Shown: positions 1 through 15,331, numbered from the stretch's first letter. The stretch: 62,091 nt of DNA from Bigelowiella natans CCMP2755 (GCA_000320545.1 ADNK01000947.1:1-62091), one strand, 5' to 3'. The notes: generated by a model from the sequence alone, not told the origin. Numbers and translations: made by a program.

Positions 1-920
1 AAAAAAGAAAAAAGAAAATAAAAAAAAGAGAAAGAGATAAATACCAACCTTCCTGTATCCCGCCCGCCACCCCCGTAGAAGAACCACCCCCCCCCTGATG
101 ACTCCTCCCCCCCCAAATCAACAACAAGCGGGGGGGCAGGACATACAGCCTGTGGCAGTTATAAGCAGCAGCACTAAGTTACTACTATCATTCTTACTAC
201 TTCTACTACTACTACCACCACTATTTCCCTCTTCCTCCTCCTCCTCCTCCTACTATTTTTCTTCTATTATTACTACTACTACTTCTACTACTACAACCTC
301 CCCAACTTCCTTGATCCTATCGAGCACTTTAGTCTTGACCTTTACTTCCTGAAGTACCACAATCAGATATACAGTGATGCTCACCACTCAGCAACTGTAG
401 CAATAGCAGCACGAGCAAGCAAAAAGACGGCAGATGTGCGTCCATCAATATCACGGATTATCAATGAAATATAGAGTGGGGCAAGGATGTAGTAGTGGTA
501 GTGATAGTAGTAGTAGTAGTAGTAGTAGTAGTAGGAGAGGAGGAGGAGGATTGTTGTTTCCCCATCCACTTAGGTGTGGGTGGTGCAGTACTACTACTAT
601 GACCACTACCAGTACTAGTAGTAGTAGTAGTACCTGATCTGTCTCCCCATCGTCAATTGGAATGCTCATCAGCTATTTGTTTACATATCAGGGGGAGGAG
701 TCATCATACTTCGGTGTTACTTACTATTCAGAAGGCAGGGAGAATTATGATCGATGCGCATCAAATAAGCCGCCATTTCATACTAATACTACCAGTGGTA
801 CTTACTGCTGCAACTACTACTACTACTACTACTACTACAAGTACTACTACTAGATCCAACGGTCTCACTAGCCTGACTTCTTTATAGAATTATAAATCCT
901 ATTCTATGCACAGAGCACAA

Positions 921-976
<56 letters not shown>

Positions 977-1582
977 TACGTCTAGGTGGGAGTCTTGAGC
1001 ATAGGCTTCTACATGGCTTCGGACTGCGTTATTATGTATGCGGTAAGTTTGGTGAAAATGACAGCAGCAGCAAGAGTAGCAAAACAACAACTACTAGTAC
1101 TACTACTAGTACTACTAGTAACAGGATTTGAGTATGCTTAAATGCATTGTATGATGGTAATCGCTCAAAGAGAGGAAGGAAATGATTAGCAGTTGTGAGG
1201 ACTTTGGGGGAGGGGGGGGAGGGGTGAAGAGGAAGTATTTCGTGATATATTATCGGAGAGTTTGATGTAAGTTAATGTGAGGATGGTAGATCGATGATGA
1301 TGGTGGGTTATACTACTCGCTGCTAATCTTTCTTCGTCCGTTATACCCAGCTTTCTATTTAGAGGAAGAGAGAAGAAGAAGAAGAAGAAGAAGAAGAAGA
1401 AGAAGGGTATATGATTGGGATGAGTCATCAATGATGCAGCTGGTGGTTTTCGTTCCTCAAAAACACTGCAACTGTGCTTGTTGTCAAAACTGAAACGAGG
1501 AGAAGATACTTCCGCCACAGGAGCACAACTATACCAACACCAACTACTTCTCCGGATTTGAACATGATGCAAATGCTACTAT

Positions 1583-1614
<32 letters not shown>

Positions 1615-2068
1615 TTACTACTACTACTTTCGGATGTAAGTAGATAGTCGGAAGACAAAGCAGTCGACAAGCAAAAGAACCTGAAGAAGAAGAACAAGAA
1701 GTGGTAATGTGATCACGATGTTGTGTCATCATGCCGATGGATGAAGAGGACATTATTACTACTATCATTATCTCAATTATAATTATCATCCTTAAAAATA
1801 ATGAAAATAATGCAAAATACCAATCAAGGCACTGCTTACTATACTACTACTACTTCTACTACTACTACTACTGATACTACTACTGTTACTATGCACCAAG
1901 AGGATCAGGATAATAACCCACTTCCAGTCCCTGTTTGTCCATCATATATAACATGCATTATAATTGACCATACAGGAGAGGAGGAGGAGGAGAAGGGGGG
2001 GAAGGAGGAGGATTCACCAATAGCACATCAATTTCTATATTATATAACTTACATATATTACATAAATA

Positions 2069-2107
<39 letters not shown>

Positions 2108-2402
2108 TATGATTTCTGCTCCGATGATAATGAAAGCAACTACATTTTTGTTGGAGACTCCCCCCCCCTCCTTATCCCCCCCCCCCTCCCCCTACTGCTG
2201 CTAGTACTACCAAGTTTCGGTGTCATCACAAGGACAAGGCTTGACCTAGAATGTTAGAGTATGGCAGCATTATCATCCTCATCATTATCATCATCATCAT
2301 CATCATCATCATTATTCTCATCAAACTTTCATTAACTTCATCGTCATCTATTCTTTGGGCCTCTGAAATAGCAAAGGCAAATGCGTAGTTGTTGCCAAAC
2401 TT

Positions 2403-2434
<32 letters not shown>

Positions 2435-2546
2435 GAAGATTCTTCTTCTTATCGTTCTTCTCGATTGTTACGTCAAAAGCCCTGTCCATTTGCTGGTTAA
2501 AGGGGTTGTCAAACCTGATACAATATCCCAGGATGATGGTGATGAC

Positions 2547-2579
<33 letters not shown>

Positions 2580-3106
2580 AATGATCGGTCTACTGCCAAC
2601 ATATCAATTGCATCATGCCCACCTCCCTCATTCATGGTATTAGGCGCTCGTAGCTGCTACTACTACCCCCCCCCCTCCCCTCCCCCCCCACCTATAGACG
2701 CTATCAGCTGGAGGCTCTGGAGGTTGGGGAGGACGAGTCTGAGCAAGTGCGTGTGGAGGTGCTCCCCCCCCCCCATCTTTCGCAAGCAGCCTTCCTTTCA
2801 TAGCTGGCACGTAGTCATTAAATCAATCGAATGGAGAATGACATGAATAGCTACTAAATACTACTACTACTACTACTACTGCTGCTGCTCATGGGATGCG
2901 ACTAATACGTTTGTGTTATATCAGCAGGTTTTGCAAAGTAGTTTTTGGGAGCGAAGATACCAAATTTCCCACACCAAGACCCGCAGCAGCACCCGCTCCT
3001 GATCAAAGAGAATTGATGAAAGAAAGGATTAGAACAACGACCAGTAACCAAACTATAATCAATGGAACGAGGTACATGCTTCTTGCTTTTCTTCTCCAGC
3101 TACATA

Positions 3107-3155
<49 letters not shown>

Positions 3156-6090
3156 CCCCTCCCCCCTTTCAAACCTATGTATCAATACCGAGCACTCCTG
3201 TCATCAAGCCGACCTCTCCCCACGGAACGTTCTTCATCCACCTGATGACGTTGCAAATCGATATGTCAATTAGTGCTGCTGCTGCTGCTCATGATGATGG
3301 ACGATGATGATGATGATGATGGTGATGATGATGGATGATGATGATTATGGCAATGACCATGCACACGTAAGACGTACAACTCCTCTTTTATTTGGAGGTT
3401 ATTATACCTTCCACTCCTCCTCATCCTCCTCCTCCTCTCTTCTTCCTCAAGAGCCTTCTTTTTTGACATCTTGAGCTCATCTTCAAGGTGTCTTGCTCGA
3501 CTGCGTAGCTCATCTTCCATGTGCTTAGCGTTTTTCCGTGCATGATCGCTATTTTTCAATACAGGATGAAGGACAAGGGGGGGGGCGGGGGATCCCGACA
3601 CGATAATAAGCATATATTCAGGAAAAGCTCGTTATATTTCTATGTATAATCCTCCTCCTTCTCGTAACTATTTATGCAGTATTCGAGAGTACTACTACTA
3701 GTAGTAGTAGTAGTATTAGCCAACAGCAGCAGCAGCAGCGGCTATTGTGATTGTTGTTATGAAAGTAATTGTTGTTGTAATTGTTGTGGTTGTTGTGATT
3801 GTTATTATGACAGTAGTTGTTGGTATTAGCGCTACTTACTACTCAGACTGAAGCTCTGATATCCGCTCTTGCTTCAAGTGAGCTTGCTCATTTCTTCAGT
3901 ATTATAGCAATGAGACGACGTGAGGGGGGAAGGGAGGGGTGGGGAGAATGGAAGGAGGAGGAGGAATAGGCATTATTATCATCAAATTTTAGATGATGAC
4001 ACTTATTTTCGTTGCTTGTTTATGCGAGTGAATGCCGTTCTAAGGAATGTGATGTCATCGCATGTTCTATCGTCACTTACAGCTGGTCTTCGGCGTGCTT
4101 GATCTGCGTGTGGAACTCTTCTGCAGCCTTCTTGGAATCTTCCCGCTCCGCTTCTAACTTGGCGATATGCGCCTGGTGGGGGGGGGGGGAGAGGGAAGTA
4201 GTTATGATATATATATATATATATATATATATATTTCTGATGCTGTTTCATCCACTGGTCTATTACTATTACCTTTAGGTGCTCTATTTCCTGTTGTAGC
4301 TCTTTTATCTTGTGCCTTAGCGATTCCAATTCGCTTTTGGCTGCTGCTAGCTCCTCTCTATGGAGGCTTATTTCAAGAGCTTGCTTCTGCTTGAGTCGAT
4401 TTGACTCTGAAGTCATTTCATGCTTGAGTGTATTTGTCCTTATTTATGTGCGAACGATCCAAGTTAGTATGCAAACGTGCCCTTCCTCTGGAAGCAAAGT
4501 CAAGGATATAAAAACTTGTGGATGCAACGCTTTCCCCTCCCACTGAAGTCGTTCTTCGTCCTAGTCTCACCAACAATATTATCATTATCATTTTCTTCTT
4601 CTTCTTTCTAATACTTCTCAGTGTGCTGTGCTTTTAGTTCCGAGAGTTCCTTTTCCTTAGCTTCCAACTCCGTTTTGTGTTGCTTCTCCCTAGATTCAAT
4701 ATCATGCTTGTACTGCTCACGCCTGCAATGGGGCATTAGCAAGAAACAACAATCTCAACTTTACTGTTTGTGACAGTTGTGATGATGTTGGGTAGTGATA
4801 TTCATTATCTCCTCGTAACTACTTCGGTCTTTCTTGACTAACTACACTGTGTGTATAGACGAGAAGAGAATGTCTGCGTACAAGCGTATGTGTGTGCGTG
4901 TATGAATGTTACAGTTTGAGCTATGTACATTTGCTTCTGGTCTTTGAGTGCGTTGTGATACATCTCCTTCATTTTGTCCTGATAGGTTAAACAGCAGTGG
5001 GATCGAAAACCTGCTCTTACACTATATGCTATGATGATATTTATATCAGCTACGAAATGATAAAGAAACATATTAGTATGTTTGCTTTCTCAGGACTATG
5101 ATTCATTGTTACTACATCGGTGATTTCCGTTCTGTTTTTTATGACTCCTGCTATCCTCGTAGTAGCTACGTGCAAGCCTGCAAACATCACAAGGAGAATA
5201 ATATTGGATTTCAACAACACTTTATTTTACTTGTCGCTCGATGATGACAGCAAACAGCACGACTTTGGGTCATACGATAGCGAGGAAGGGCGAAGAAGTG
5301 GAAAATTCTCTTTGAAAGGGGTAATTTAGCTGATGCTGAGGCTTCTTCTACGATCCACGACATAGAGTTTTATTAATTTATCGCAAAATAATCCCCAAAT
5401 GGATCAATTTACAAAGGCCGGGTACGGCATCCAACGATGATGATGGATGATGTGATGATGTGATGATGATGATAGCAATGATGAATGATGATGATAAGTC
5501 ACCACCATGCAAGCAAGTCAATGCATCTGTCCCTCATTCCCCATTTGCGTTATTACCGTATCCTACAAGAGTCGCAATTGCCGCTGTATCTGCAGATTGC
5601 ACATCCAGTCTGATGATGAAAATGTGCATAGATGTCAGTGGTGGGTAGCTACGAATAATCAATTACATCGGCAATAACTTTGAAATGAATTACTTGTGCC
5701 ATCGTCGAAGCTTGTGATGATGTGACCCCTTCAGTTGTGTTCAAATAAGGCATAATTAAATAGCTTAAATGCATTTTTGTAAAGCCAAAGCATGTGCGAG
5801 TCTTACACCGCCGCGCTTGACTAACAATACCTTAGACTCCAACCGAAGTCCTCCTCCTTCATTCGAATCCCCTTTGGAAATGATCAACGATGATGCGAAA
5901 AGTATCAAACACGCAGGCAACAGAAACCAAGAAGGTTTCTTTCGCCAGTGGTAGGTTTGGCGATAATCTTCCAGATGATACATCTTCTTCTTGTTGTTGT
6001 TCTTCTTCTTCTTTGAACAGGTAGTGGGTGGCGTGCTGCTAGATATTCCTTGACAGCTACTTGGAGCCTACCTCGCGCTACCTGTCTTTA
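1..6090 (-). CDS. Multi-exon hypothetical protein with long coiled-coil core (3' end beyond left edge; may be two genes; 5' end unresolved)
   Basis: GT-AG-bounded minus-strand exons translate to heptad-rich E/K/Q helices: DKMKEMYHNALKDQKQ (~4930-4985), REQYKHDIESREKQHKTELEAKEKELSELKAQHTE (~4615-4722), LKQKQALEISLHREELAAAKSELESLRHKIKELQQEIEHLK (~4275-4400), AHIAKLEAEREDSKKAAEEFHTQIKHAEDQ (~4082-4174), MEDELRSRARHLEDELKMSKKK (~3440-3520). Further exons lie near 300-350 and 49-150. No family recognised. Confidence 0.6.
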
Positions 6091-6953
6091 TAACGATGCA
6101 GGGACGAAAATATATTAGAAACAGTGGCTCAAACCATAACAATATAAAGCTGGGGTGCTTTCAGAACATGTCCCCTCTACACTGATAGGTGAACATCACA
6201 AATCCTTGGTGACAATATCTTATTGTGGTGGTTGCAAGCACGCGGGTCACTGAGTCCCTCGTGTGTTCGACATGATTCAATGAAAGTGTTCGAAATCACG
6301 CACCGTGGCTTCCCAAATATTGTTGGTCACGGTTCCGACGTCCTGCTCTGAGTTTGAACGATAGACGTAGACGTATCAGAGGGTAGGGGTTGCTGTTGTT
6401 GAGCGATTAGAAACACGTCTCAGATCACTTTTTAAAAAGATCGGCCCGAATCGAATCTGTCTAAATCAAAAATATAGGCCAAATATTAAGTGAGACAACG
6501 AATAACAATTAGGCCAATCTCTGAAAGGGAACAGCAGAGTAGTTTTTGTTGTCGTATCCGTATCGCTTGCTTCTAAAACATCCTGAACGATTCCTAAAAG
6601 AGGGGTTATTAATGTATCAAGTAAAATGTGAGTCACTATCCGTCTGAGACAAACTTTTATTTCCTTAAACTTCGAAATCTGCACCTCGCTGCAACACGTG
6701 CGAGAGTATGAAGGAAACGGAGTGCTTTTCATTAGGTAGTCTTCCCAGATCAGATGTCGTAAGCCTATGTCAAGATACAAATGCTGAAACGGCGCTTCCT
6801 TTTTATCTTTGCACTGCGACAAGAATAAAAGTATGTCGTCTCTATGAAATTACACTGTTCCACAGAAACGTACAAATCGATCAACCGCCCCCCAAGAACA
6901 TAGTGTTGCATTTCTCCCTACAGCTGGTCTAAGCGTACTAACTTCCACAAACA

Positions 6954-7923
6954 ATGCCAAAGGAAGGAGCAAACGAAGCTTCTGCAAAAGATTCTGTTGA
7001 GGTAAAAAAGATTGCGGGCATAGGAGGGAAAGATGGTCCATTAAGTGGGCGGAAAGGAGGTACAGGGAGCGGACGGAAAAAAGCATCAAGAGGAAGGAGG
7101 AGTGAAGATAAATCAGGGAAGCACAGAAACCGAAGTAGGAGCAGATCTAAGAGTGCAGGCCCACACAGGTAGATATACCGACTAAATTTCAACAATTAAG
7201 TGTAGAAGAATGAGTGATCTTCACAATCATAGCCACAGAAAGCATAAGCAAAGGAGTAGAAGGGAGAAGGCGGCTGATGCCGAGGAACTTGTCGGGAAGA
7301 CAATGATGGATACTGATCCGCTTATCAAGGCAGCAAAAGTACTTCAATTGCCTCCCAAAATATACAACTCAATCCTAACCTACTAATTAATTTTAAATTT
7401 ATTACTCAGGGGAGTGATCCAAGCGTATTGAAAAATCTACTTTTAGAGATGGACCCTCATAAGGTGCGTGAATTCTATGTTTACTTTTGTTAAAGATATG
7501 ATGTCCTTATTAGCCTCAAATTTTCTCATTTGCATTTGCATTCTGTATTACTACAAAGAGAACGCTCAAAGTGAATCAATTCGATAAGGCAGGAAGCACA
7601 TTGTAAGTTACATACCTTTCCTTTCGGGGGCAGTGGACCCAATACGGCCATCAAGGGCACCAACATGCTTATCCCACGTTATTCATATCATTTGTGCTCA
7701 CTCGATGATTTTCGTAGGCTTTTCCATGCTGCTTGGGTTGGAAATAGGGATATAGTCCAGTGCCTTGTAGACTACAGGGTAGTTTGTGTGCTACCTTATT
7801 TACTCCTTCAATACCTTATTTACTCCTTCAATCCCTCTTGGTGGTGCTTGCGATTAAAGCTATACAAGAGAACATGATGCAAAACGAGAGCAAACTGCTG
7901 CAGTTAGTCACGTATATGTATAA

Positions 7924-7969
<46 letters not shown>

Positions 7970-9242
7970 CAGGCCGATCCAAATATACAAAATAATCGGC
8001 AAAACTCTCCATTACACCTAGCCTTCGAAAGGATGAACAGGTACCACAAATGACAAATTATTGTACATCTTATGCAATGATTACGTTGCTGCTATTGACT
8101 CTACCCGTATTCATTATCTTCAGGGGAGCTATGTTAGTATTAGTTGAGAACGGAGCAGATATTGACCTCAAGGTTGTCACACGGAGTTATACTGTGAGAG
8201 TCAGCCCCTGTTTCTACTTATATACATGAGTTTCGATTATGGAAAATATCTTCATCTGCGAACTACCGGGATAGTTTGATTTGAAATCAATGAATCGTCC
8301 CTATCATAAAAACATAGAAGAATTCTGCATTGATTGCAGACTTGTCCATTAATATTATTATTTCAAAATAAAAAGTATTTTTTTAACGTGCAATTTACAG
8401 AATTCATGGGGTCAAAAACCTTATGAAGTAAAGCTTAAGGACAACGTGAATCCAGGCATTTTAGAGCTGAACAAACTTGAGGAGGTAGCAGCACGCACAT
8501 TAGTAGTAGCATAATGTGCATCCACAAACACCCTACAGCAAGGAAGCTACATATGATGATGACACATGGTCAGCATGACATAAAGAAGGTTTCGTTTTTT
8601 GGGTAGTAGAGAGCTTGGTCCTAGAGTGCTTTATTGTAACAAGCTTTTGGTCTGCCGTGCGTATCTATATCTGATGGTTGTCCCTTTGTGATCTACCTAG
8701 TTGCTCAAAGATGCGCGGAGAAAATACCTCGACTCTCACTCACATGAGGTAGTTAACGAATAGAGAGGAGCTAGCTGTTTAGAGAAAGAAGGCTATCTCC
8801 ATCTGTAAACATCTTCATTATAATCACCTCAGCAAGTGTGTTGTTACATTTTAATTAGGTTGAAGACACAATCACGGATGAAGAGGTACAAAGACGGAAA
8901 AAGACTGGGGGGTGGGAACAGAGAAGTCGCTGCTCCTTATGATTTTACAAGAAAACTAACTCCTTTGTGCGAAATTGGTTGTTACAGAGAAGCAAATACA
9001 AAACGATGTACGATATGTTGGACGAGGTACTGAATTAATTAAGAACAATATGTACATGCGACTATTCATGCGCTGTGCAGACATGTGTAAAGCAGCAGCA
9101 GCAGTTTCCATTTTTATCCTGGCCACCTGAAATGAAATGAGCGAGTATGAAATACACCTTTTTGTACATGTAGCAACACATCATAAAGAAAAAAACGATG
9201 TTAGATCTAATTATATTATATATTATTGAATTTCTGTAGTCG

Positions 9243-9273
<31 letters not shown>

Positions 9274-9945
9274 TGATATATAAACGTTCTGTTGACGACT
9301 GCAGGATAAAAATGGAGCTTTGACGTACCATGAGATGTACAGGCTGTTCCATCAAGTACCGGTTCCAGAATCCTACAATGAACTTGTAATAATGTCACTA
9401 CTGTATACTTCTCACCTATATTGAACCACGCAGATTTGCCGAGGCAAACACACACACACACACACACACAAAGACACAAACACGCTAGATTGTGGTATGC
9501 GTGCACATTTATAAAATCGGAAAATTCTTGCAACTTTCACGTGCAAATCTGTTGATTTTCTTTTTTCCTGCCAGGGAATTCCCAGGGTTGATCTTGCATC
9601 CATGAAAGGTATCAGGATAGCATTAATTGCAAGAGATATTGATGTCTAATATTCACCAAATGATAAAATTGATGCGTTTCCCCTTTACAGCATTCAACGA
9701 AGAATTTAACATTTCTCACAACGTCGATGGAGTCGTATGGATGGATTTCCTCTCGTAAGTTATACGTATTACACGTGCTACTAAGTAAAAAATAATGTGA
9801 TGATTGCTTTGCTGCATGTGTACGTAGTTTGGTGATTTTGGTGTCCTGCTGTCCTGTGTTCAAATCCAATAGGTACGTGCACAAATTCAAAAAGGACGAG
9901 TTAGCAGCTTCTTCAAAGAAGAAGAAGAAAGGGAAGAAGAAGTAG
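6954..9945 (+). CDS. Ankyrin-repeat protein with C-terminal EF-hand(s), basic N-terminus and polylysine tail (~13 exons)
   Basis: Phase-consistent spliced translation: ...VNQFDKAGSTLLFHAAWVGNRDIVQCLVDYRADPNIQNNRQNSPLHLAFERMNRGAMLVLVENGADIDLKNSWGQKP (ankyrin repeats, ~7560-8420), then RSKYKTMYDMLDEDKNGALTYHEMYRLFHQ (canonical 12-residue EF loop DEDKNGALTYHE, exons from 8988 and 9305), ending SSKKKKKGKKK* at TAG 9943-9945. Confidence 0.8.
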
Positions 9946-10539
9946 AGAACTCACATCGCCATTGACTCATCGGTTAACATCGCATCGATGTGCGTGCACG
10001 GCAAGACTAAAAGCAAAGGAGTCGGTGGATGCGTAGCATTTCAATTGTAGAGATATCGTATCTCTAGATGTAGCAATAGTGCAACGGGTGATGATGTATA
10101 GATGCGTTGAATAGTTATCACTAAAAGTCTTGCAATCTTGCTGCTTGCGATCTATAAACATTGACCACCAGGTGCACAAAGCGCCGTTCCGTAGTCCGCA
10201 GGGTGCGCGAATGCTAGTTTGTGTGTGCTTATTAAGCGTATTATGTGCATCTAGCTATGCTCTAGACATATAATTAGTGCAGGCATGCATAGATGATGAT
10301 TATTATGATGCTATATCTCATTTGCAATGGCATGCATGTCACATCATGCATGCTAGCATGCTACATGCGACAGCGAGTCAACTTGGTTGTTGGTGCACAC
10401 TTACACAACGTACTAGGCATGACCACAGACATCGGGCACCGCCAGCGCGTGTATAGCTGCATTATAGCATGCAAGTAGGCGGGTCGATGAATCCATGCAC
10501 GATGGATCGGATAACCAGTAATCCAGCTTCATATTATTA

Positions 10540-12061
10540 TTAGAATCTAACGATGAATCTCTCTCCAAAACATGCAACACCGCATCGTTTCGGACAATCA
10601 ACATCCTTTCCGTTGCAGTATCCCTGACAAATATCGTCGCACGTTCTCCCCCCCATTGGCTTCTCATGCTGATGAGCATGCTGCTCCACGATAGAAGTCG
10701 ACGAGACGTGTTGCTTCCTGCTTTGAGTTGGACGCTTCTGTTGTTGTTGCTGCTGCTGCTGCTGCTCATGTTTTGAAGTACCGTCATTAGCATATGCATC
10801 TTCCTTTCTTTTATCACTTTTCTTCTCCCCTTCCCCCTTCTCCTCCTCCTTCTCCTCCCTTTTCTGAGTTGATGCTGAATTGCTGGAGCGACCTTCTTTT
10901 TTTGGTGTTATGGCGGAGCTACTGCTGTTTGTACCAAGACTGCCTTCATCGACAACCACACTCACTAAGGCAGAGTACATTCACATTAAAATAGTAAGAA
11001 GCAGCAAAACAATACATCAGTTAACTAATGCTGTTATGTAAGTCAACGAATTGTTATAATTCTATTATTATATTAGCAGCAGGTTTCGTTAATAATAAGT
11101 CTCATCAATCTTTCGAGCTGTTAGTCTCAGTCCCCCCCCACCACCCATATTTCGTGAGAGTCAATAGCTACCAAGGCCAAGGAGATATTCATAATATTTT
11201 TTCAATAATAATTACCAATTTTGTCAGCTCTTTCATCCTCCTCTCCTCTCTGGACTGGAGAAGCAATACTGTAATTTGACTGATGGTGATGATCCGTATG
11301 AACATCCTCATTAGCTTTCTCATTTGCTCCTCCTTTCTTTCCTTCTTCAGAGTGACTGGCCGATGAAGATGATGATGATGACGATGATGATGATGATGAT
11401 GATGACACATTGAAGCACGAGTGTACTTCTTCGCACTGAGTAAGCCCATCAAATAATGCTCGGTCACTTTGTCCAAGCTACAACCATGTGGGAGCGGGGG
11501 AAATAGGCGCAACGTCAGAGATGGCAATGACGATTTAATGATCATGATGGCAATGTGTGCGACAACTTTTCCTCTTCCTCTTCTTCGTCTTCTTCTTCTT
11601 TTTCTTCTTCCTCCTCCTCATTCCTCGTCACTGATGCAACTACTACACCTACCACCACCACCACCACCACTACTACAAAAAACTACCGAATCGTGTATAT
11701 CGATGCACTGCTGCATGTCTTTGTCAGATTGCAGGCACTGAAAGACCTCGGCACACGCTGATGATGATGATAGTGATGATGATGATGATGATGATGATGA
11801 GTAAATATGAGGAAAAGAGTACGGGAAGCAAAACCATACGTCGTACATTGTAGTATATGCGGTTACACTCTGTTGAAAAGATGGCAGATAAAAACATATG
11901 AGAAAGAAAATGAAGAAACAGAGGGGTTTTGCACTGTATTTTATTCACACGTCTTTTCAAAGAAAGGAAAGCTTAGTAGAAAAGAGAAAATAGCATGGCT
12001 ACTAATGAGCAACATCCACCATCCTCAACAGTAGTAAAATGTCATCAGTGAAGAAAGCAAA

Positions 12062-12100
<39 letters not shown>

Positions 12101-14261
12101 GCACACACATATTAAAAATTCTACAAAAGCAGCGGCAGCAGCAGCCACCTGAGTTGGAAGCACATCTTAGGTAAGTCTTCGGACAACCCTCGAGAATACA
12201 TCTGATGATCATCATTTACCATACTAAGTTAGCAATACTTCGATGTTTCAAACACTAAGGCACTGACTGTTATCAACGAGACGACGATGTTTCTTCAATA
12301 GCAGCAAGCGACTTCCTCCCTCATTACTACTACAACTACTACAACAACAACTACTACAACCACAGATCCCCCCCTTATTATCATTTGCTTTTGCTAATAC
12401 TACTACTCTCTTCTATATGCCACCAGTGCTACTACGTCATTTTCTTCACCTTAAAATGTGATCCTCATACACCTTAGTAGCAGTGCTGCCCCCCTCTTCT
12501 GCCTTCTTCCCCTGATCCCCCTCCCTTACAGATAGAGATGCAGAGGTTTTTGTTGCTATCGTAGGGACAGCAGCTTCAGGTGAAGATGATGAATGCTGCG
12601 GAGCTTTGTGTTGGGATGAAGAGGAGGAGGAGGAGGAAGAAGATGAGGGTGATGATGAAGACAGCGTTGAAGATTCTGCCTCCCCTCTTCCTATTAATTC
12701 TTTACCATCATTCGCAGTAGTTTCACTACTAGAACGGTTGTTCTCATTCCTTTCCCCAACAGTGCTTGCTGCAATAGATGATGACTTAGTTTCACCCTGC
12801 GATGAAGATGATGATGAGGAGGAGGAAGAGGAGGAGGAGGATGATAACGATGTCTTTTTAGCTCCGAAAAAGTCAGCAAGAGAGTTGTCTGAGGCAGCAG
12901 CAGCAGCAGCATCAATATCCACAGAAGGAGTAGAGGACGAACCACCATTGCCACCGCCATCAGCAGCAGCAGCAGCAGCACCAGCAGCAGCCGTCTTATT
13001 ACTACTACTATCATCCTTTTGTTGTCGCCAATAATTCGTAGTATTGTTACGATGATCATGATGTTGTGATGACGAAGAAGACCGAGCTGCTGTAGTAGCA
13101 TTACTTTCTGTGTTGGTTTTAGTAGCTGATGGAACTGCCTTCTTTGCGTGCTCCTCCGTGCTAATCGTGGTAGTAGTCTTTGCCGTCGTCGCCTTCTCTC
13201 TTCTATGATGGTCATCGTCCATCTTTGCCCTACTTGTTTCAAGGACTAATCTAGCAGCTGTTTGTGCAGCACGCCAAACCTGAAAGAGAGAAAGAAAAAA
13301 GAGAAAAAAGAAGAGGAGGCAACCAGACAAACGTAAAGCATATGCTGATTGTAGGGGGAGAGATCGACAGCGAAGTGCTGATAATCCCTCCTACCCCAAC
13401 CTAAAAATTGTTGAATACCAGACAGCACTGTGTAGTGAGCATAAATTTGTTTTTAACACGACAAGTTACGGAATAGCATGCCTTGCAAACACGTAATGCT
13501 CTCCTCCTCCTCCTCCTCCTTCTTCTTCCTCTTGACTAGTTTCGCTAATACTTACCGTATCATAGCCATCTTTTCCACCACCTTGTTGTCTAAGGGAAGC
13601 AGCTGTAGCAGCAGCAGCAGCTGCGGCGGCTGCGGCTGCAGTTGCGGCAGAAGTAGCATCATCGTCGGCATTGTTGTCGTTGTCGTTCTCCTCTTTCTTG
13701 TTATTATTATTATAACTCTTCTCCTCTTTCCCTGTTGTTCTCTGTGCCTTCATCTTAGCTCCATCATCAGCAGAAGTACCAAGTAGAGGAATAGCTTGCA
13801 TCTCTTCTTCTAATGTATAATTAGCATGACTCTTCTCCTCGTTACGCCCTGCACTGAGATCATCCCCAGAAGCAAGGGTACTTGCATTTTTGCTGCTAGA
13901 AAAGTCCTGATACTTGTTGTTGTTCTTCTTCTCCTGTCTAGTATGCGTAGCCCCTTTATCCTCATTCATGGGTGAGAATCTTTCTTTAAATTGAGGAGGA
14001 CGATGCTGTTTCTCTGCATACATAGGAGCTGCCAATGATGAAGAGGATGATGATGATGATGATGATGATGATTGGGCGGCGTATGGAAGAGAATGATGCT
14101 GAGAGAAACGACGACTCTGTGGCATTAAATGTGATGCATGAGCTTCTTTCCTTCTTGATAATGCGGGATGAGAAGGAAGAAACCTGTGGTCATCAGAAGA
14201 CTGGGGAGAGGATATTCGGTGTTTGTTAATGTGTTTCTGATCGAGCTGCTGTTCTTGTACA

Positions 14262-14298
<37 letters not shown>

Positions 14299-14508
14299 GA
14301 AATCTTGGTAGGACTTGAAGGTGGCTGTAATGATGCAATTCGTCGTGGTAGTTATAGGTGGGGGAAGATCTTTCTTCCCTTCCTCTTCCTCGGTGATGAT
14401 GCTGATGATGTTGTTGCAGCTCAAGCCGGGGGTCTTCCGAGAGATGTAAACCATCATAATCGTCGCCGTGTTGTTGTTGGTGTTGGTGGTGGTGGTGCTG
14501 ATACTGCT

Positions 14509-14539
<31 letters not shown>

Positions 14540-15295
14540 ATGATGATGGCGGTGCGAAACGTGGTGGTAGTTGTATGGAAGATTGTGGAATGATGATGAC
14601 GACGAAGAAGACTGAGAGCGGGAAGGACGCCGGGAATGGCTTTGATGGGTGGTGGTCATTGGCGGAGGAGGGTGCTCATGGGTATAGGGATATATATCGG
14701 TTTGGGAAGACGGTGCTACTACCTTATTCGCTGCTGCAGCAGTTCCATTATCATTGAATGTTCTATCTCGAGCATGATGGTTATGATGATGATAAAGATA
14801 GTTGTTGGCATGAGGATTGTAATCGTGCTCAATATGCTGCTGCTGCTTTCTATGGTGATGGTATCGACGACTGTTATGATACATCCCTTCCTTGTCGCCA
14901 TCATTGTATTGATGATGGTATGATGAGTAGTCAATACCTACCCTACCATCACCAGTACTCTGATCGAAATCCCTGGCCTTCTCCCTGCCATATTCATTGC
15001 TATAATCTTCCTCCTCCTTCTCCTGCTCCGAAACAGGAGCAGAAGTACGTTTTCCCCAAAATGTGGACTTGAATCTGATTCCTTCCTCCTCCTCCTCCTC
15101 CTCCCCCCTCCCTTTGTAGTTTTCTTCTTCTTCTTCTTGTTCTTCTTCTTTTCCATTTCCAACTGTCTGTTCCCCTCGCATACTACTACTACTACTCATT
15201 TGGATGGCAGGTGATGCGGAACCCCCCCCATGGATTGTCCTTTGGTTTGCCTCCAAAGTGTCAACCCAGGACTCTACACTCTGTGAATGTCGTTG

Positions 15296-15331
<36 letters not shown>

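Noticed and set aside
9444-9460. 10-nt micro-exon ATTTGCCGAG with a GC donor in the ankyrin/EF gene
   Set aside because: Inclusion shifts the frame into a stop; direct joining of the flanking exons is in phase.
11420-12500. RPA32/STN1-like OB-fold reading (HILRNIVVSLITVSALVFET...YYNV..RSF...LDKVTEHYLMGL)
   Set aside because: An alternative phase-consistent reading gives Cys-spaced modules that fit the signal peptide and the Cys-rich C-terminus better. The similarity is weak and cannot be resolved without cDNA.
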